A stretch of DNA of 64,000 bases, from the IMG/VR virus record IMGVR_UViG_3300047668_001392; one strand, 5' to 3'. The first letter of the stretch is position 1, and the number at the start of each line of letters is the position of its first letter. The position numbers and the translations under genes were made by a program. Source of the stretch: an uncultured virus (IMG/VR IMGVR_UViG_3300047668_001392) (taxonomy: Duplodnaviria; Heunggongvirae; Uroviricota; Caudoviricetes; Crassvirales). This document shows, in pieces, positions 47,598 through 57,343 of this stretch. The notes under the pieces were generated by a model. That model ran no database searches. It was not told the DNA's origin and worked only from the letters and a program-made list of their open reading frames with translations.

Positions 47598-47924
47598 ATG
47601 CCTAAAGTAAAAAAGACAAGGACCACAGGACCAAGGAGTTCTACCTTTACAAATACAAAAGACACTTCAACGGGTACAAAGAAAAAAATTGTTAGTTACG
47701 TACGCAACGAAGATGGCACGGTTACAAAAACAGTAACTAAAACTAAAGATGAAGACTACCTTGCGGGGTCTAAAGGCAAACCTGTAAGTAAATCTAGCTC
47801 AAAAGTAAAGAGACAAAAGACTATAAGTGCAGAGAAGGCAGCGAGACAGAAAGCAAGACGAGATAAAAGAATTAGGAGAAATGAGGATCGACGTAAGGGC
47901 CAGGGCCCTAGATTAACAAGATAG
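47598..47924 (+). CDS. highly basic K/R/T-rich protein (possible DNA-condensing core protein)
   Basis: Composition; start MPKVKK. Confidence 0.55.
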   Translation: MPKVKKTRTTGPRSSTFTNTKDTSTGTKKKIVSYVRNEDGTVTKTVTKTKDEDYLAGSKGKPVSKSSSKVKRQKTISAEKAARQKARRDKRIRRNEDRRKGQGPRLTR

Positions 47925-47939
47925 TTGTAAGTTAAACTA

Positions 47940-50900
47940 ATGCCTAGAGTAAGAAAATATCATGAGGGTGGGAATATCATGCCGCATGATCACCCACACG
48001 GACCTGTTAAGAGAGAGTCGTGGATACCAGCTGGAAATGGAGGGGCAGGTAGTTATAAAAAAATTACTAAAGATTTGTTCCCAGCGGGAAACCGTCCGCA
48101 AGCACCCATCTTAGAGCTTCTTAAGCCTAGAGTCACAACAGTAGATCTAGATTCAAAAGAGTTACAAGAGAGTAATGTATCTGTCTCTAAAGGCCCTAAG
48201 TATCCAACTCAGAGGGTAATGAGATACAGTAATAAGGTGAGAACTAATCAGATACCTAGCCACGATATGGTTTGGGATAAAAAAAGAAATCAGTACGTTG
48301 TAAGATCAATACCTCAAGAAGAAATAGATTATTACATAGAAGAGAATAAAGTAGTAAAAAAACCATATGTTGCACCTGTATATCGCAAATATCATGAGGG
48401 TGGGAAAGGTCCAGGCTATCCAGGCCATCCACATCCTCATCCTTATGTTGCCGTATCTGAAAACACTCAACCTCATGGGTATACTGCACCAGTAATACCT
48501 GGCCTTACAGACAATAATCCTTTAATAGGGCTAATAGATGCACCTAGAGAGGATCGTTTATCCGAGTTTGACGAGGTAAAGAAAGCGGATTGGAGTACTA
48601 TACTGGCTAACCCTATGCAGGCGTGGGAGTATATCAGCAAGAATGGGTTTACGAGAAGAAACGCTAAGGGTAAACTTGAGTTTACGAGACCAACACAAGC
48701 AGAGCTCGATGTTCAGAAGCACAATGTATACGATGGTGTTATGTCTATGTTTAACCCTGCGGCCTATGTAGAGGCTGTTAAAGGTTTAGATTCTTCTCTT
48801 ACTGCGGCTGACGAGGCTTTATTAAGTGGTATAGAAGATGGAAGAATGTCTCCTGGAGACTTATCTAAGGTTATAGGGAATTTGTCTGATGCGGGAATGC
48901 AGGCTTTATTCCTTACTATAGCTCCTACAGCGGGCAGGACGTTACTTGGGGCAGCAAAAGAGCTTCGTAGACCCGCACTTAATACATTAACTCAAGAGTT
49001 TAGAGGTAGTAGGTTGTTAGGGGAAACTAAAGGTGTAGAACCTGTACCTTCTTCTCCTTTACAGCAGTTAACTGGGGAAAAACAGCTAGCTATTAAACCA
49101 GCACCACCTAAAGTAAAAGGGAAGGGGAAAGTAAAGAAGTACGAGCCTAGTAACCCGTATCAGGATAGCAATGTAGCTAAAACTATTACGGAGGGAGGAA
49201 ACTGGAGTACAACTAACGTTGGAGTATACCAATACCCATCGTTTATGACGGGCAGTAAGCTAGAGGGTCAAGTATCTGCTAAAGATGGGACTATATCTAG
49301 GTCTGTATTAGAGCAGTTAGTAAAGAATAAAAACACTAAAGCTAGTGAGGCCTTAGCTGTAGAGAAGATTTTAGGTGGTTTTGATGATAAGAGAGTTCCG
49401 TATGAATATTTTAAAGAGGAACTGGCTTTAGGAATACACCCTGCGGAGATTATACCTACTTCAGGATTACAGGGCTACGCTAGCACAGGGGTTGAAGCAT
49501 TAGGATATAAAGTTGTAGGAAACATAAACAATGCGGGAGCGCTGCCAGAAGGTGGGGTAACTGCAATAACTAACCTTTATAAAGATAAATCTTTAGGGTT
49601 AACGAAAGAAGGGGAGAGTCACTTCCCAGACCAACCTCATAGCTTCTGGATAAGGAGTATGAGTACTGCAGAAGAACCTAATGTACTAAAAGCTTTAGAG
49701 TGGCAAACGGATGTAAAGTCTTTAAAAGACCCTTCAAAAGGCCTTCCAGGATCTGAAGAGGCTGCGGATTATTATCCTGAAAGAATAGATGAGCGATTTG
49801 GTAAAATGTTTAGTTTAGATCAGCAGATTAAAGTATTTAAAGATGAAATAGGAAATACGAAAAAGAATTTCGGTCCTCTTGAACAAGTTCCAATTGGTTA
49901 TACAGAGTATTTAGCAAAAATAGAGAAAGGTTTAGAGATAGCATTAGCCGCCAGATCAAAAGGAGGAGAGGTAAGAATAGCAAAATCAAAATCAAAAGGC
50001 CTCCCACTTAAGTTTGTAAACGAGTCCTTATTGGATGCTGCTAGGCAAGGGAAAGAATACCTAGACGTACCTACAGCAGAAACGGTATTTACTATTGAAG
50101 GGTGGACTAAACCTAATGTAATTGAAAGTACAAAGCAAATCACTAATCAATATAATATACTTAGAGAATATGATAAGTCTTTAATGCAAATAGGCCGAGG
50201 AAGCTTTGGTGAGACAGAAGATATAATATCAGAGATTGAGAGGACACTTTCAATTAACAGTAGCGTAGAGTCATTAATTAATAAAAATGTTAAAGAAAAA
50301 GAGGTAATTTACGATCGATTAATCAATAGTATCGAAAAGAATCAGCCAGTTACCATGGGTATGTTTAGTAAGTTAGGTACAGGTTCGGATTTTGAGGATA
50401 TGTACCTAGACCTTAGGAGAAAAATAGAAGACCCTACGTCGCCTCCAGATATTAAAGAGTTTTGGAAAGAACAGGTTATAAAAAATATTAAAAACCTTAA
50501 ATCAGAAGTTGGAATAAGAGCGAAGCAGGATATAACAAAATATAAAGAGGCTCAAAAGAAAGTAGATGAGATAAAAGCTAAAGGATTTGATCTCTCTAAG
50601 ATAAGTGAGTCTGAGATGTCAGTAACGAAAAACTACAGGAACTTCCCTAAGCTATGGAGGAGTGAGTTTGGTACGGATGTTAAGCAAGTAACAGACCAGA
50701 AAGGGAATAGCTGGATGCGTGTCAAGATCCCAGAGAACTTCTATCAAAACGACATATCCCTCCCTTTATCGGAGATTAAGACATATAGAAAAGGTGGAAA
50801 AGCATTAAAAGGCCTTATTAAGAAGTATGGGGGTGGAGGTAGCGTTGGTGGCTGGGGAGCACAAGGGAACTTTAGTACAGAATACAACTCTAAACAGCCT

Positions 50901-51971
50901 AGCGTAGCGGAATTACCTGATCCGAACTCTATACCTGAGCAGAATGCTCTAGACGCTCTAGTAGAGTCTGGTGAAGAACCTTTAACTGAAGAAGAGAAGA
51001 AAAAGCAGAAGAATCAAAAAGCCTTACAAGGGGCTATGAAAGGGGCGAGTATGGGTATGAGTTTTGGGCCTTGGGGGGCAGCTATAGGCGCGGTTGCTGG
51101 AGGTGCGTTAGCGTACTTTGCAAAACAAGGCGCGAAAATAAGGAAACTTTATAAGGGGGGAGGAGAGGTATCTGAAGGAAAACCTGACGTAAAGGATTTA
51201 TTACATATGCTGAAGCGGTTTGGTAAAGAACCTAGGCAGCCGCAGGGATCATGGAATATGCCTCCTGATAAAGAAGGGTGGGTTCCTCGACATGACGATA
51301 TATTTAAATATCTAGCTTCTCGTGATATAGATACTAAAGATGATGAGATAGCTAAAGCGTATATAAAGCCTGGATCAGTAGCTGGTGCGGGGTTTGCAGA
51401 TGGATATGATGCTTCTGCGTATTCGGAAAAAGGTCGGTATGTAGACCCTACAAAACCATCTAAGTTTGACAACGTAAGTGGATTAGCATACCCTAACTCT
51501 AAAGGCCAGAGGATTATATTAGCTAGTACTCAGTTGAAGAACCCTACTACTAGAATAGAAGAAGCTGTGCACAGCCTTCAGCAGCAGAGATTCCTTGATC
51601 CTTCTGTATCCGACTCTAAGATAGGAGGGAATAAACGTCGATTATATAGGATGCTAAAAAAGCAACCGTGGCTTGATGAGTTATCACCCGATCTGAAAAA
51701 AACGCTTACTAAAGGTAATTATGCTCTAAAAGGAGGGGGAAGTACGTCTGAATTCGAAGCGAAACTTATCGCAGCCAAGATGACTATGATACACGAAGGA
51801 GTCCTTCCTGAGGATGGAAATGTATCGGATAAAGACCTAGAGGCTATAAAGCAATGGTATGAAGACCGTAAAAACAAGACGGGTGAGACGCTATGGGAGT
51901 CAGTTTTATTCCAGGATTTCAGCGACACAAAGTATAGAGATGAGATGTTAAGTACTCTAAATAAAATATAA
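47940..51971 (+). CDS. large multi-module internal virion protein
   Basis: Repeated KYxxGG motifs; HF...W.R..LEWQTD polyvalent-type domain; glycine zipper; EEAVHSLQ zincin-like motif. Confidence 0.6.
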   Translation: MPRVRKYHEGGNIMPHDHPHGPVKRESWIPAGNGGAGSYKKITKDLFPAGNRPQAPILELLKPRVTTVDLDSKELQESNVSVSKGPKYPTQRVMRYSNKVRTNQIPSHDMVWDKKRNQYVVRSIPQEEIDYYIEENKVVKKPYVAPVYRKYHEGGKGPGYPGHPHPHPYVAVSENTQPHGYTAPVIPGLTDNNPLIGLIDAPREDRLSEFDEVKKADWSTILANPMQAWEYISKNGFTRRNAKGKLEFTRPTQAELDVQKHNVYDGVMSMFNPAAYVEAVKGLDSSLTAADEALLSGIEDGRMSPGDLSKVIGNLSDAGMQALFLTIAPTAGRTLLGAAKELRRPALNTLTQEFRGSRLLGETKGVEPVPSSPLQQLTGEKQLAIKPAPPKVKGKGKVKKYEPSNPYQDSNVAKTITEGGNWSTTNVGVYQYPSFMTGSKLEGQVSAKDGTISRSVLEQLVKNKNTKASEALAVEKILGGFDDKRVPYEYFKEELALGIHPAEIIPTSGLQGYASTGVEALGYKVVGNINNAGALPEGGVTAITNLYKDKSLGLTKEGESHFPDQPHSFWIRSMSTAEEPNVLKALEWQTDVKSLKDPSKGLPGSEEAADYYPERIDERFGKMFSLDQQIKVFKDEIGNTKKNFGPLEQVPIGYTEYLAKIEKGLEIALAARSKGGEVRIAKSKSKGLPLKFVNESLLDAARQGKEYLDVPTAETVFTIEGWTKPNVIESTKQITNQYNILREYDKSLMQIGRGSFGETEDIISEIERTLSINSSVESLINKNVKEKEVIYDRLINSIEKNQPVTMGMFSKLGTGSDFEDMYLDLRRKIEDPTSPPDIKEFWKEQVIKNIKNLKSEVGIRAKQDITKYKEAQKKVDEIKAKGFDLSKISESEMSVTKNYRNFPKLWRSEFGTDVKQVTDQKGNSWMRVKIPENFYQNDISLPLSEIKTYRKGGKALKGLIKKYGGGGSVGGWGAQGNFSTEYNSKQPSVAELPDPNSIPEQNALDALVESGEEPLTEEEKKKQKNQKALQGAMKGASMGMSFGPWGAAIGAVAGGALAYFAKQGAKIRKLYKGGGEVSEGKPDVKDLLHMLKRFGKEPRQPQGSWNMPPDKEGWVPRHDDIFKYLASRDIDTKDDEIAKAYIKPGSVAGAGFADGYDASAYSEKGRYVDPTKPSKFDNVSGLAYPNSKGQRIILASTQLKNPTTRIEEAVHSLQQQRFLDPSVSDSKIGGNKRRLYRMLKKQPWLDELSPDLKKTLTKGNYALKGGGSTSEFEAKLIAAKMTMIHEGVLPEDGNVSDKDLEAIKQWYEDRKNKTGETLWESVLFQDFSDTKYRDEMLSTLNKI

Positions 51972-52633
51972 TGGAAATACGTAGAAAGTTTCAACCAGGT
52001 ATGAAAGTAAGAAGATTCCACAATGGAGGGAAAGGTCCAGGCCACCCACATGGAGATCTTACCACAGCTAAATTAGACAGCATATTATCTTCTAATGTAG
52101 AGGGCGCTATCTTTGAATTCTCTCAATTTAGAGACCTTGTAGGTAGTCACGAAGGTGCATCTGGAGGTTATTCTGCTCGCCAAATAGGGGGTGGTCCAGG
52201 AAGAGGAATGTATCAATTTGATGAAGCCTCCGCTCAAACAGCTTATAACAGGCTAAAAACTATAGCTAGCGACAGAGGTTATGAGATACCTATATTAACG
52301 TCTGAGGACTTTAAGAATATGGATAAGGTCTCCCCTGAGATACAAGACCTCCTGTTTACGGCTAATATTGCAAAATCTCCAAATACATCTATAAGTACTA
52401 TATTGACTGATAAATCACAATGGGATAATCAATGGCTTGACGGTCATTGGAGAGGTAAAGATGAAGATAGAGAAGTAAGACGCGCTTCTTTCCAACACAC
52501 TCAAGATAATTTTCCTGTAAAAACCACAGAAAAAAATCCATCAATTAACTCAGCATTTGGGAATATGTTCCCCGATGAAAATACTGTGACTCCCGATAAA
52601 AATAACTTTCAATATATACAAGCAGAATTTTAA
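51971..52633 (+). CDS. lysozyme-fold (muramidase/transglycosylase-like) virion protein
   Basis: HEG..GY.A.Q.GGGPGRGMYQF. Confidence 0.6.
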   Translation: MEIRRKFQPGMKVRRFHNGGKGPGHPHGDLTTAKLDSILSSNVEGAIFEFSQFRDLVGSHEGASGGYSARQIGGGPGRGMYQFDEASAQTAYNRLKTIASDRGYEIPILTSEDFKNMDKVSPEIQDLLFTANIAKSPNTSISTILTDKSQWDNQWLDGHWRGKDEDREVRRASFQHTQDNFPVKTTEKNPSINSAFGNMFPDENTVTPDKNNFQYIQAEF

Positions 52634-52635
52634 AT

Positions 52636-52782
52636 ATGACTAAACCTAAAAACGATTTCGACCTACCTCTTCCGTCTTTCCTTGATCAAGTAAAGCTAAA
52701 AGAACAAGAGGCAAAAATAGAGTCTGGAGAAACGGTATGCAATACGGACTCTCCAGAAGACTGCGAAAGTTGTAGCGGATAA
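52636..52782 (+). CDS. 48-aa protein ending in CNTDSPEDCESCSG (not in the ORF track)
   Basis: ATG 52636 to TAA 52782; fills the intergenic gap. Confidence 0.65.
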   Translation: MTKPKNDFDLPLPSFLDQVKLKEQEAKIESGETVCNTDSPEDCESCSG

Positions 52783-52811
52783 TATATTATATTTGTAAAA
52801 AATAAAGAGTT

Positions 52812-53051
52812 ATGCAAATTAGAAAATACAATATGGGTGGGCAGATGCAAGAACAGATGCAAGGACCACCACAGCAAGGGGGACCTGAACAGCCTGCTCC
52901 AGTTGATGTAAATCAATTATTAGAGATGTTGTCACAGATGCCACCCGAAGCAAAGCTTTCTCCTGAGGAGGTAGCTCGATTTATTATGGGGGATCTTCCT
53001 ATGAATGTACCTCAAGGGCCTCCAATGTCTCAAGGAGGAGGAATGCAGTAA
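52812..53051 (+). CDS. small Q/P/M-rich protein with a KYNMGG motif
   Basis: Motif shared with internal proteins. Confidence 0.6.
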   Translation: MQIRKYNMGGQMQEQMQGPPQQGGPEQPAPVDVNQLLEMLSQMPPEAKLSPEEVARFIMGDLPMNVPQGPPMSQGGGMQ

Positions 53052-53054
53052 TAA

Positions 53055-53531
53055 ATGGCTACTTTAAACGTAACTATAACAGAAGAGCTAACTCTTAATG
53101 GAGCTGACAGGGGGTCTACAAACACCCTTGCTGTAGCTTCTGTTACTCAGGTATACCATAGGATCGTTACCTGCCCTGCAAGCCAAGATACTACAGTAGC
53201 AACGTTTGCCAGTACAGTAGATGACAGCACAAGTGCAGCTGGCAGTATAAATGTTGCTGATGTAAAATACGTAAGATTAACAAATCTAGGTACACAGCCT
53301 GTAAACTTGTCTTTACAAGTAGGTACAACAGACGGTGGAGATGGTGCTGCTGACGAATCGGCTACAATTCTTATTGCAGCTGGAAGAAGTTTTGTTATGG
53401 GTGCTACGGCTAACGCTATGGCTGTCAATGACACAAATGCAAACATAGACGTTTCAATGCATGAGTTAGAATCACTACTTGTTGATCCAGGATCTAACGC
53501 AGTAACCGTAGAAGTATTTATAGCTAGTTAA
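53055..53531 (+). CDS. structural protein, distantly family A-like
   Basis: MATL.V..TE.LTL, VKYVRLTNL, I.AGRSFVM, VEVFIAS. Confidence 0.65.
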   Translation: MATLNVTITEELTLNGADRGSTNTLAVASVTQVYHRIVTCPASQDTTVATFASTVDDSTSAAGSINVADVKYVRLTNLGTQPVNLSLQVGTTDGGDGAADESATILIAAGRSFVMGATANAMAVNDTNANIDVSMHELESLLVDPGSNAVTVEVFIAS

Positions 53532-53532
53532 G

Positions 53533-54210
53533 ATGAAACCTATGTATAGGCAATATAAACATGGGGGTTGGCATCCTTTTAAAAAAGACAAAGGGCCAAA
53601 ACCCGTTTTAAAGATGTCTGAAAGAGAGCCTTCATATGGGACTGTATCGCAACAGCTAGGTGATGCTGTTCAATACAGCGGAGGGGATAACAGCGATATT
53701 TTAAAGATGTTAGCTTTAACTAAAGAAAAGGACCCCTTTCTTTCCGACTATTCAAACGTAAACTTTTCGTTGCCTGGAGAGAAAAACAGCAAGCAATCTG
53801 AAATACTCCCTCAATTTAGAGCAGCACGAGATGGAGATTCAGACAACATTAATTTCTTTAAATTAGATCCAGAGTCTCAAAAGTATGTTAGGAGTAAAAT
53901 GGGTGGCGGCGATTTATCTGAGATGTTTGGGAGAGAACTAAAGCCATCTGAAGAAAGATATGTTCGAGGTCAAGTATTTAAAAACCCAGCTTTGTTGTCT
54001 TATTTTATGGGGATCGGCGAAGAGCCTGGTAAGAGAGAGATGAAAAAGTTTAAAGTTCACTCAGGAAAATTTTCTGGGGGCTCTAGAGGCGGAAACGGTA
54101 CTACAACAGGTGGAGCTGGAAGTAAATCGTTAGCCAAAGAACAAAGAGGGAATATTTTTAAGAATTTCTTTGCTTGGTGCAAACTAGACGGAACATGTAA
54201 AGCAGAATAA
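53533..54210 (+). CDS. hypothetical protein with a QYKHGG motif
   Basis: ORF and motif. Confidence 0.55.
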   Translation: MKPMYRQYKHGGWHPFKKDKGPKPVLKMSEREPSYGTVSQQLGDAVQYSGGDNSDILKMLALTKEKDPFLSDYSNVNFSLPGEKNSKQSEILPQFRAARDGDSDNINFFKLDPESQKYVRSKMGGGDLSEMFGRELKPSEERYVRGQVFKNPALLSYFMGIGEEPGKREMKKFKVHSGKFSGGSRGGNGTTTGGAGSKSLAKEQRGNIFKNFFAWCKLDGTCKAE

Positions 54211-54213
54211 AAT

Positions 54214-54432
54214 ATGCCAAACGTTATTAAAGGAAAGAAAAAAAAGAAAGGGAAAACCGTAGACTTCAACCTACCTTACGAGGGAGCGATGGGAAAATCG
54301 GTTAATAGGGAGGTAGCAAAAAAAATATGGGGAAACTCCGCTTCTGCAGACGAACATACTCTAGGATATGAACTAACTAGAGATGCTGACGGGAATTATA
54401 TAGCGAGGACTAAATTAAGTTCAAAAGCTTAA
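54214..54432 (+). CDS. hypothetical basic protein
   Basis: ORF. Confidence 0.5.
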   Translation: MPNVIKGKKKKKGKTVDFNLPYEGAMGKSVNREVAKKIWGNSASADEHTLGYELTRDADGNYIARTKLSSKA

Positions 54433-54435
54433 AAA

Positions 54436-54951
54436 ATGAAATTAGAAGTAATTAGATTTAACAAAGGAAAGGATTCAACAAATGGGATACTATTTAATAC
54501 AACGAATGAAAGAAAATTTTTATGCTATACTCTCGAAGATGAGAGTCGTACTGAAAAAGTGTGGGGAGAAACTTGTATACCTGAAGGAGAGTATAATCTC
54601 GGTCTTCGAACTGTGGGCGGGCTTGATGCCAAATACTCTAAAAGGTTTTCTGATATCCATATGGGAATGCTTCATGTACTTGATGTACCTAATTTTAAAT
54701 ATATTCTTATTCATTGCGGTAATACTGACGAAGATACTGCTGGATGTCTTCTCTTGGGCGATTCGCAAGAGAACAACAACATCAAAGAAAACGGATTTAT
54801 AGGGCGGTCTACCCAAGCGTATTTCCGTATCTACGAAGACATTGCTAAGGCAATTGAAAGCGGGGAGAAAGTAACTATAACGTACCGAGATTTCGCAACA
54901 TGCCTTCTTTTATCGCAAGACGACGCGATAAAGATGCTTGACGAGTGTTAA
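54436..54951 (+). CDS. DUF5675 family (L,D-transpeptidase-like) putative endolysin
   Basis: CYTLED..ETCIPEGEY..ILIHCGNT..DTAGCLLLG. Confidence 0.8.
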   Translation: MKLEVIRFNKGKDSTNGILFNTTNERKFLCYTLEDESRTEKVWGETCIPEGEYNLGLRTVGGLDAKYSKRFSDIHMGMLHVLDVPNFKYILIHCGNTDEDTAGCLLLGDSQENNNIKENGFIGRSTQAYFRIYEDIAKAIESGEKVTITYRDFATCLLLSQDDAIKMLDEC

Positions 54952-54958
54952 GAGGGAG

Positions 54959-55381
54959 TTACCCTTCGAGCTCCCTATAGGCTCTCTGTACAAGTAACCT
55001 AGCCTTTTGAGTCAAAGCATACCTCACTCTGTAGTTAAACTTCGTTTCATCTCTAAATAGATGGTCGGCAAAAGTCTTAGACGGAGTAAGTTTATCGAAA
55101 TGTTTATATAGATAACCCTTTTTTACTAACGGGTATATAAATCTATTCTGGGTGTTATTCTTATTCATAACTAAGCTTTCTGCTGCGTATTTTATCGTAA
55201 AGAACTGAAGGTCATACCCCCAGAAAAGAAACTCTACATGGGAGAAGTTAATATCGTACTCTTTGTTTACAAAGTGCTTAACAACTTTTAATTTCTTCAG
55301 ATAGTTCCTGTGGATATATTTCTTATCTTGCAGTGAGAACTCTCTAAACAGTCTCTTTTTAGGTACTTTACTTTTAGGCAT
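54959..55381 (-). CDS. winged-helix-like protein
   Basis: PLVKKGYLYK..YALTQKARL; lone antisense gene in this module. Confidence 0.55.
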   Translation of the reverse strand: MPKSKVPKKRLFREFSLQDKKYIHRNYLKKLKVVKHFVNKEYDINFSHVEFLFWGYDLQFFTIKYAAESLVMNKNNTQNRFIYPLVKKGYLYKHFDKLTPSKTFADHLFRDETKFNYRVRYALTQKARLLVQRAYRELEG

Positions 55382-55397
55382 TAAATAGATTATTATT

Positions 55398-55715
55398 ATG
55401 AAAGATATAGCTTTTTTATTAGAAATTCAAAAATTAGCTCTAGAAATGGATGATCTTGTTGATAAGTATGACATGAGGGATAGATTTGTTTCTATATTAG
55501 TTTCTGGTTTTTTACAAGAAGATGACTACGGGGAGATGAATATGAACGCTATATATAGTTACCATCTATCTACTATCTTTGAGTTAACGGAGATATTGGA
55601 TTTTATAAACAATACATTTGAACACGAATTTGAATACGATACCCCAGAAACCTTTGAAAACTTCGACTCTGACGTAGATGATTTTCTAGAGAGCCTTGGG
55701 ATAGATACTGAATAA
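55398..55715 (+). CDS. acidic hypothetical protein
   Basis: ORF. Confidence 0.6.
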   Translation: MKDIAFLLEIQKLALEMDDLVDKYDMRDRFVSILVSGFLQEDDYGEMNMNAIYSYHLSTIFELTEILDFINNTFEHEFEYDTPETFENFDSDVDDFLESLGIDTE

Positions 55716-55716
55716 A

Positions 55717-55956
55717 ATGGAAGGAATTATTAGAAAAATTGTGGTTGGAAGAGACCCTAAAGACGGAATGGCTTATTATGTAGGGATGAGAGCAGGAGCA
55801 GGGAAAGTAAGTACTATAGTCCAAGACGAAAGATATCTAGTTAAATATAGCAAAGACAGATACCTTGTATATATGCAAGATTCAGAAGGTGTTCAGACCT
55901 TATGGAAAGCTATAGATAGCATGCCGTGTATGTTAGAATTTGATTGTAATTTTTAA
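55717..55956 (+). CDS. conserved hypothetical protein
   Basis: IIRKI.VG.D.K..M.Y.VG..WK...MP...E.D. Confidence 0.65.
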   Translation: MEGIIRKIVVGRDPKDGMAYYVGMRAGAGKVSTIVQDERYLVKYSKDRYLVYMQDSEGVQTLWKAIDSMPCMLEFDCNF

Positions 55957-56099
55957 TGAAATTTGTAAAAAGTAAAGGTTTTGGAGACAGTGTTGCGAAA
56001 GTAACGAAATCTTTAGGGTTAGACAAGCTAGCCCCTAAAGATTGCGGTTGTAAAAAACGCCAAGAGTTTTTAAATAAAATATTACCTTATAAAAAATGA
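55956..56099 (+). CDS. 47-aa conserved small protein (G.GD..K.T..CGC..R type; not in the ORF track)
   Basis: MKFVKSKGFGDSVAKVTKSLGLDKLAPKDCGCKKRQEFLN; coupled at both ends. Confidence 0.7.
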   Translation: MKFVKSKGFGDSVAKVTKSLGLDKLAPKDCGCKKRQEFLNKILPYKK

Positions 56100-56692
56100 A
56101 AACGTTTAATTTATTTGTAGTTAAATTAGAGAGCAGGCTTAAGGATACAATTACCTCGGATAGCGGATTTGAGCTATATGTAGACGCAAGGTTTAACGAC
56201 TTTGATAACCGAACAACTGAAGGACCTGTTGTATGTGTCCCTTTTAAGTTTGATACAGGAGTAGAGGTAGGGGATACCTTATACTTTCATCACTTAGTAG
56301 TTTTAGGTGGGGACAATAGCGGTCAAATCTTTACTGAAGACGACAACACTTATATCGTTACCTACGATCCAAACAATGCGATTGGGAACCAAGCCATAGC
56401 GTATAAGAGCCAAAAGGACGGTAAGATACGTTGCTTAGCAGGTTGGTGTTTATTAAAATCTGTAGAACAAGAGGAGCTAAAGCTTCAATCAGATCTTATA
56501 GAAATAGTAGACCTAACGGAAACCTTACCTACTAAAGGTGAAGTAGCCTATACGTGTAAGTCGGCTGACGAACAGGGGGTTATGCCAGGAGACGTCGTAG
56601 GGTTTAAACAGAACAGAGATTATCGTATAACTATAGACGGGGTGGAATATTACCGCACTCGCGCAGAAGATTTAATGTATGTCGAAATATAA
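56096..56692 (+). CDS. tandem GroES-like co-chaperonin
   Basis: Two Cpn10-like halves: G.VV..P..GVEVGD.LYF and KGEV....GV.PGDVVGF....I.IDG.EYYR. Confidence 0.7.
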   Translation: MKTFNLFVVKLESRLKDTITSDSGFELYVDARFNDFDNRTTEGPVVCVPFKFDTGVEVGDTLYFHHLVVLGGDNSGQIFTEDDNTYIVTYDPNNAIGNQAIAYKSQKDGKIRCLAGWCLLKSVEQEELKLQSDLIEIVDLTETLPTKGEVAYTCKSADEQGVMPGDVVGFKQNRDYRITIDGVEYYRTRAEDLMYVEI

Positions 56693-56969
56693 ATTCACTA
56701 CCGTAAGCGCCTCTAAAAGGCTTATGCAAAGCATGGAGATAGCTATAGACAACATGATTGAAGAGATTAAAAAACCTGTAGATCCAGAGATAAACGGGAG
56801 TGCACGTAAAGCGGAACTTCAGTCTATAAAGCAAACCGCCACGGACTGTAAGGAGCTTATTATAGAGAGGCAGAGGTTAGCGCAGATGGTAAAGGATCTT
56901 GAGGTTAGCGGGGATATAAAAGACATAAAGGACTACTCTGGAGGATTTGCAGAAAGATTTTCTAAGTAA
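56679..56969 (+). CDS. putative terminase small subunit
   Basis: Helical ~96 aa; ends GFAERFSK; upstream of TerL. Confidence 0.5.
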   Translation: MSKYKFTTVSASKRLMQSMEIAIDNMIEEIKKPVDPEINGSARKAELQSIKQTATDCKELIIERQRLAQMVKDLEVSGDIKDIKDYSGGFAERFSK

Positions 56970-57343
56970 TGTGTATTGTTACTGAATATAAAGAATGTAA
57001 AGATTGTAAAGAAGTTAAACCTAAAAAGGACTTTACCCCCCATAAAAAATGCGTAGATGGGGTTGAGGGCTCATGTAAAAAGTGCAGAGCAAAAAGAAAG
57101 CGTGAAACTCATCAAATAAAGAAAAAACAATTAGTTTCTCTTGCAGGCGGAAAATGCGAGGTTTGCGGTTATAATAAGTGTGATTCGGCTTTAGAATTTC
57201 ACCATCGAGATCCATCACAAAAATCTTTTGCTATTAGCGAGTCTAAAAGATCATTTAAAAACTTATTAGCTGAATCTAAGAAGTGCGCTCTTTTATGTGC
57301 TAATTGCCATAGGGAGCTTCACGCGGGGTTAATTAAGTTGTAA
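56969..57343 (+). CDS. HNH endonuclease
   Basis: CEVCGY..LEFHHRDP..LLCANCHRELH. Confidence 0.9.
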   Translation: MCIVTEYKECKDCKEVKPKKDFTPHKKCVDGVEGSCKKCRAKRKRETHQIKKKQLVSLAGGKCEVCGYNKCDSALEFHHRDPSQKSFAISESKRSFKNLLAESKKCALLCANCHRELHAGLIKL

